47,656 bases of DNA, from contig JAZQZA010000049.1 in the NCBI GenBank assembly GCA_045633765.1, forward strand, positions 1 through 47,656, read 5' to 3'. The stretch comes from Tidjanibacter sp. (GTDB taxonomy: Bacteria > Bacteroidota > Bacteroidia > Bacteroidales > Rikenellaceae). Numbering within the stretch: position 1 is the first letter of the stretch; each line of letters begins with the position of its first letter. Shown in pieces: positions 47,330 to 47,656 of the stretch. The notes beneath the pieces are model-generated. The model was not told the DNA's origin. It worked only from the letters and a program-made list of their open reading frames with translations, and made no database searches. The position numbers and the translations under genes were made by a program.

Positions 47330-47656
47330 CTACTCTTGTGTTTCACTCATCTGGGCGGCCTGCTCTACGGGCTCACTCTTAATTACCTCGCCCTCGCGCA
47401 CAAGACCTGCGCCCTCGGCAATAATCACATCGCCCACCTCAAGACCGCTCTCCACGATGTACTCCACACCATTATTGCGGGGCAGCACCTGGATAGCAGC
47501 CGAGCAAGCCTTGCCGTCGATAACCTTATAAACAAAAATCTTCTCCTGCAGCTCATAGGTGGCCGACTGGGGAATAACAATACTGTTCTTCCTCACCTGT
47601 GGGATAACCACCTGACCACTACCTCCGTCGCGCAACATACGGCCACGATTGGGGAA
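47330..47656 (-). CDS. RND efflux periplasmic adaptor (AcrA-like), 5' truncated by the window edge
   Basis: FPN..MLR.G, VIPQSAT.E.Q..FVY.V and VESGL..GD; upstream of the permease. Confidence 0.88.
   Translation of the reverse strand, partial: FPNRGRMLRDGGSGQVVIPQVRKNSIVIPQSATYELQEKIFVYKVIDGKACSAAIQVLPRNNGVEYIVESGLEVGDVIIAEGAGLVREGEVIKSEPVEQAAQMSETQE

Overview
A gene-dense chromosomal window from a Bacteroidales bacterium (Rikenellaceae/Alistipes-like gene content, TAnnTTTG promoters). Left part: the 3' end of etfA, an acyl-CoA dehydrogenase with a fused FabZ-like dehydratase, MscS, glutamine synthetase, a divergent AddB/AddA-like nuclease-helicase pair, YbaN, an orphan SH3/TM/Zn-ribbon protein and DUF4491. 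Centre: a 15-kb nine-gene SusC/SusD locus with no CAZymes, carrying two LRR lipoproteins and a subtilisin lipoprotein. Right part: LysM protein, DEDDh exonuclease, dnaN, M20 dipeptidase, nucleoside phosphorylase, tRNA-Arg(ACG), three DUF4369/TlpA paralogs, ruvC, lpxD, coaD, glyQS and an RND efflux operon. No integrase, transposase, prophage or CRISPR array was seen. The most notable signals are (1) two ~115-125 nt intergenic elements with covarying stems and identical internal-loop motifs, each next to 7-mer/9-mer microsatellites; (2) the protease-centred SusCD locus; (3) near-total CATG avoidance; (4) the ACAD-FabZ fusion. All family assignments come from motif recognition by eye, not database searches.
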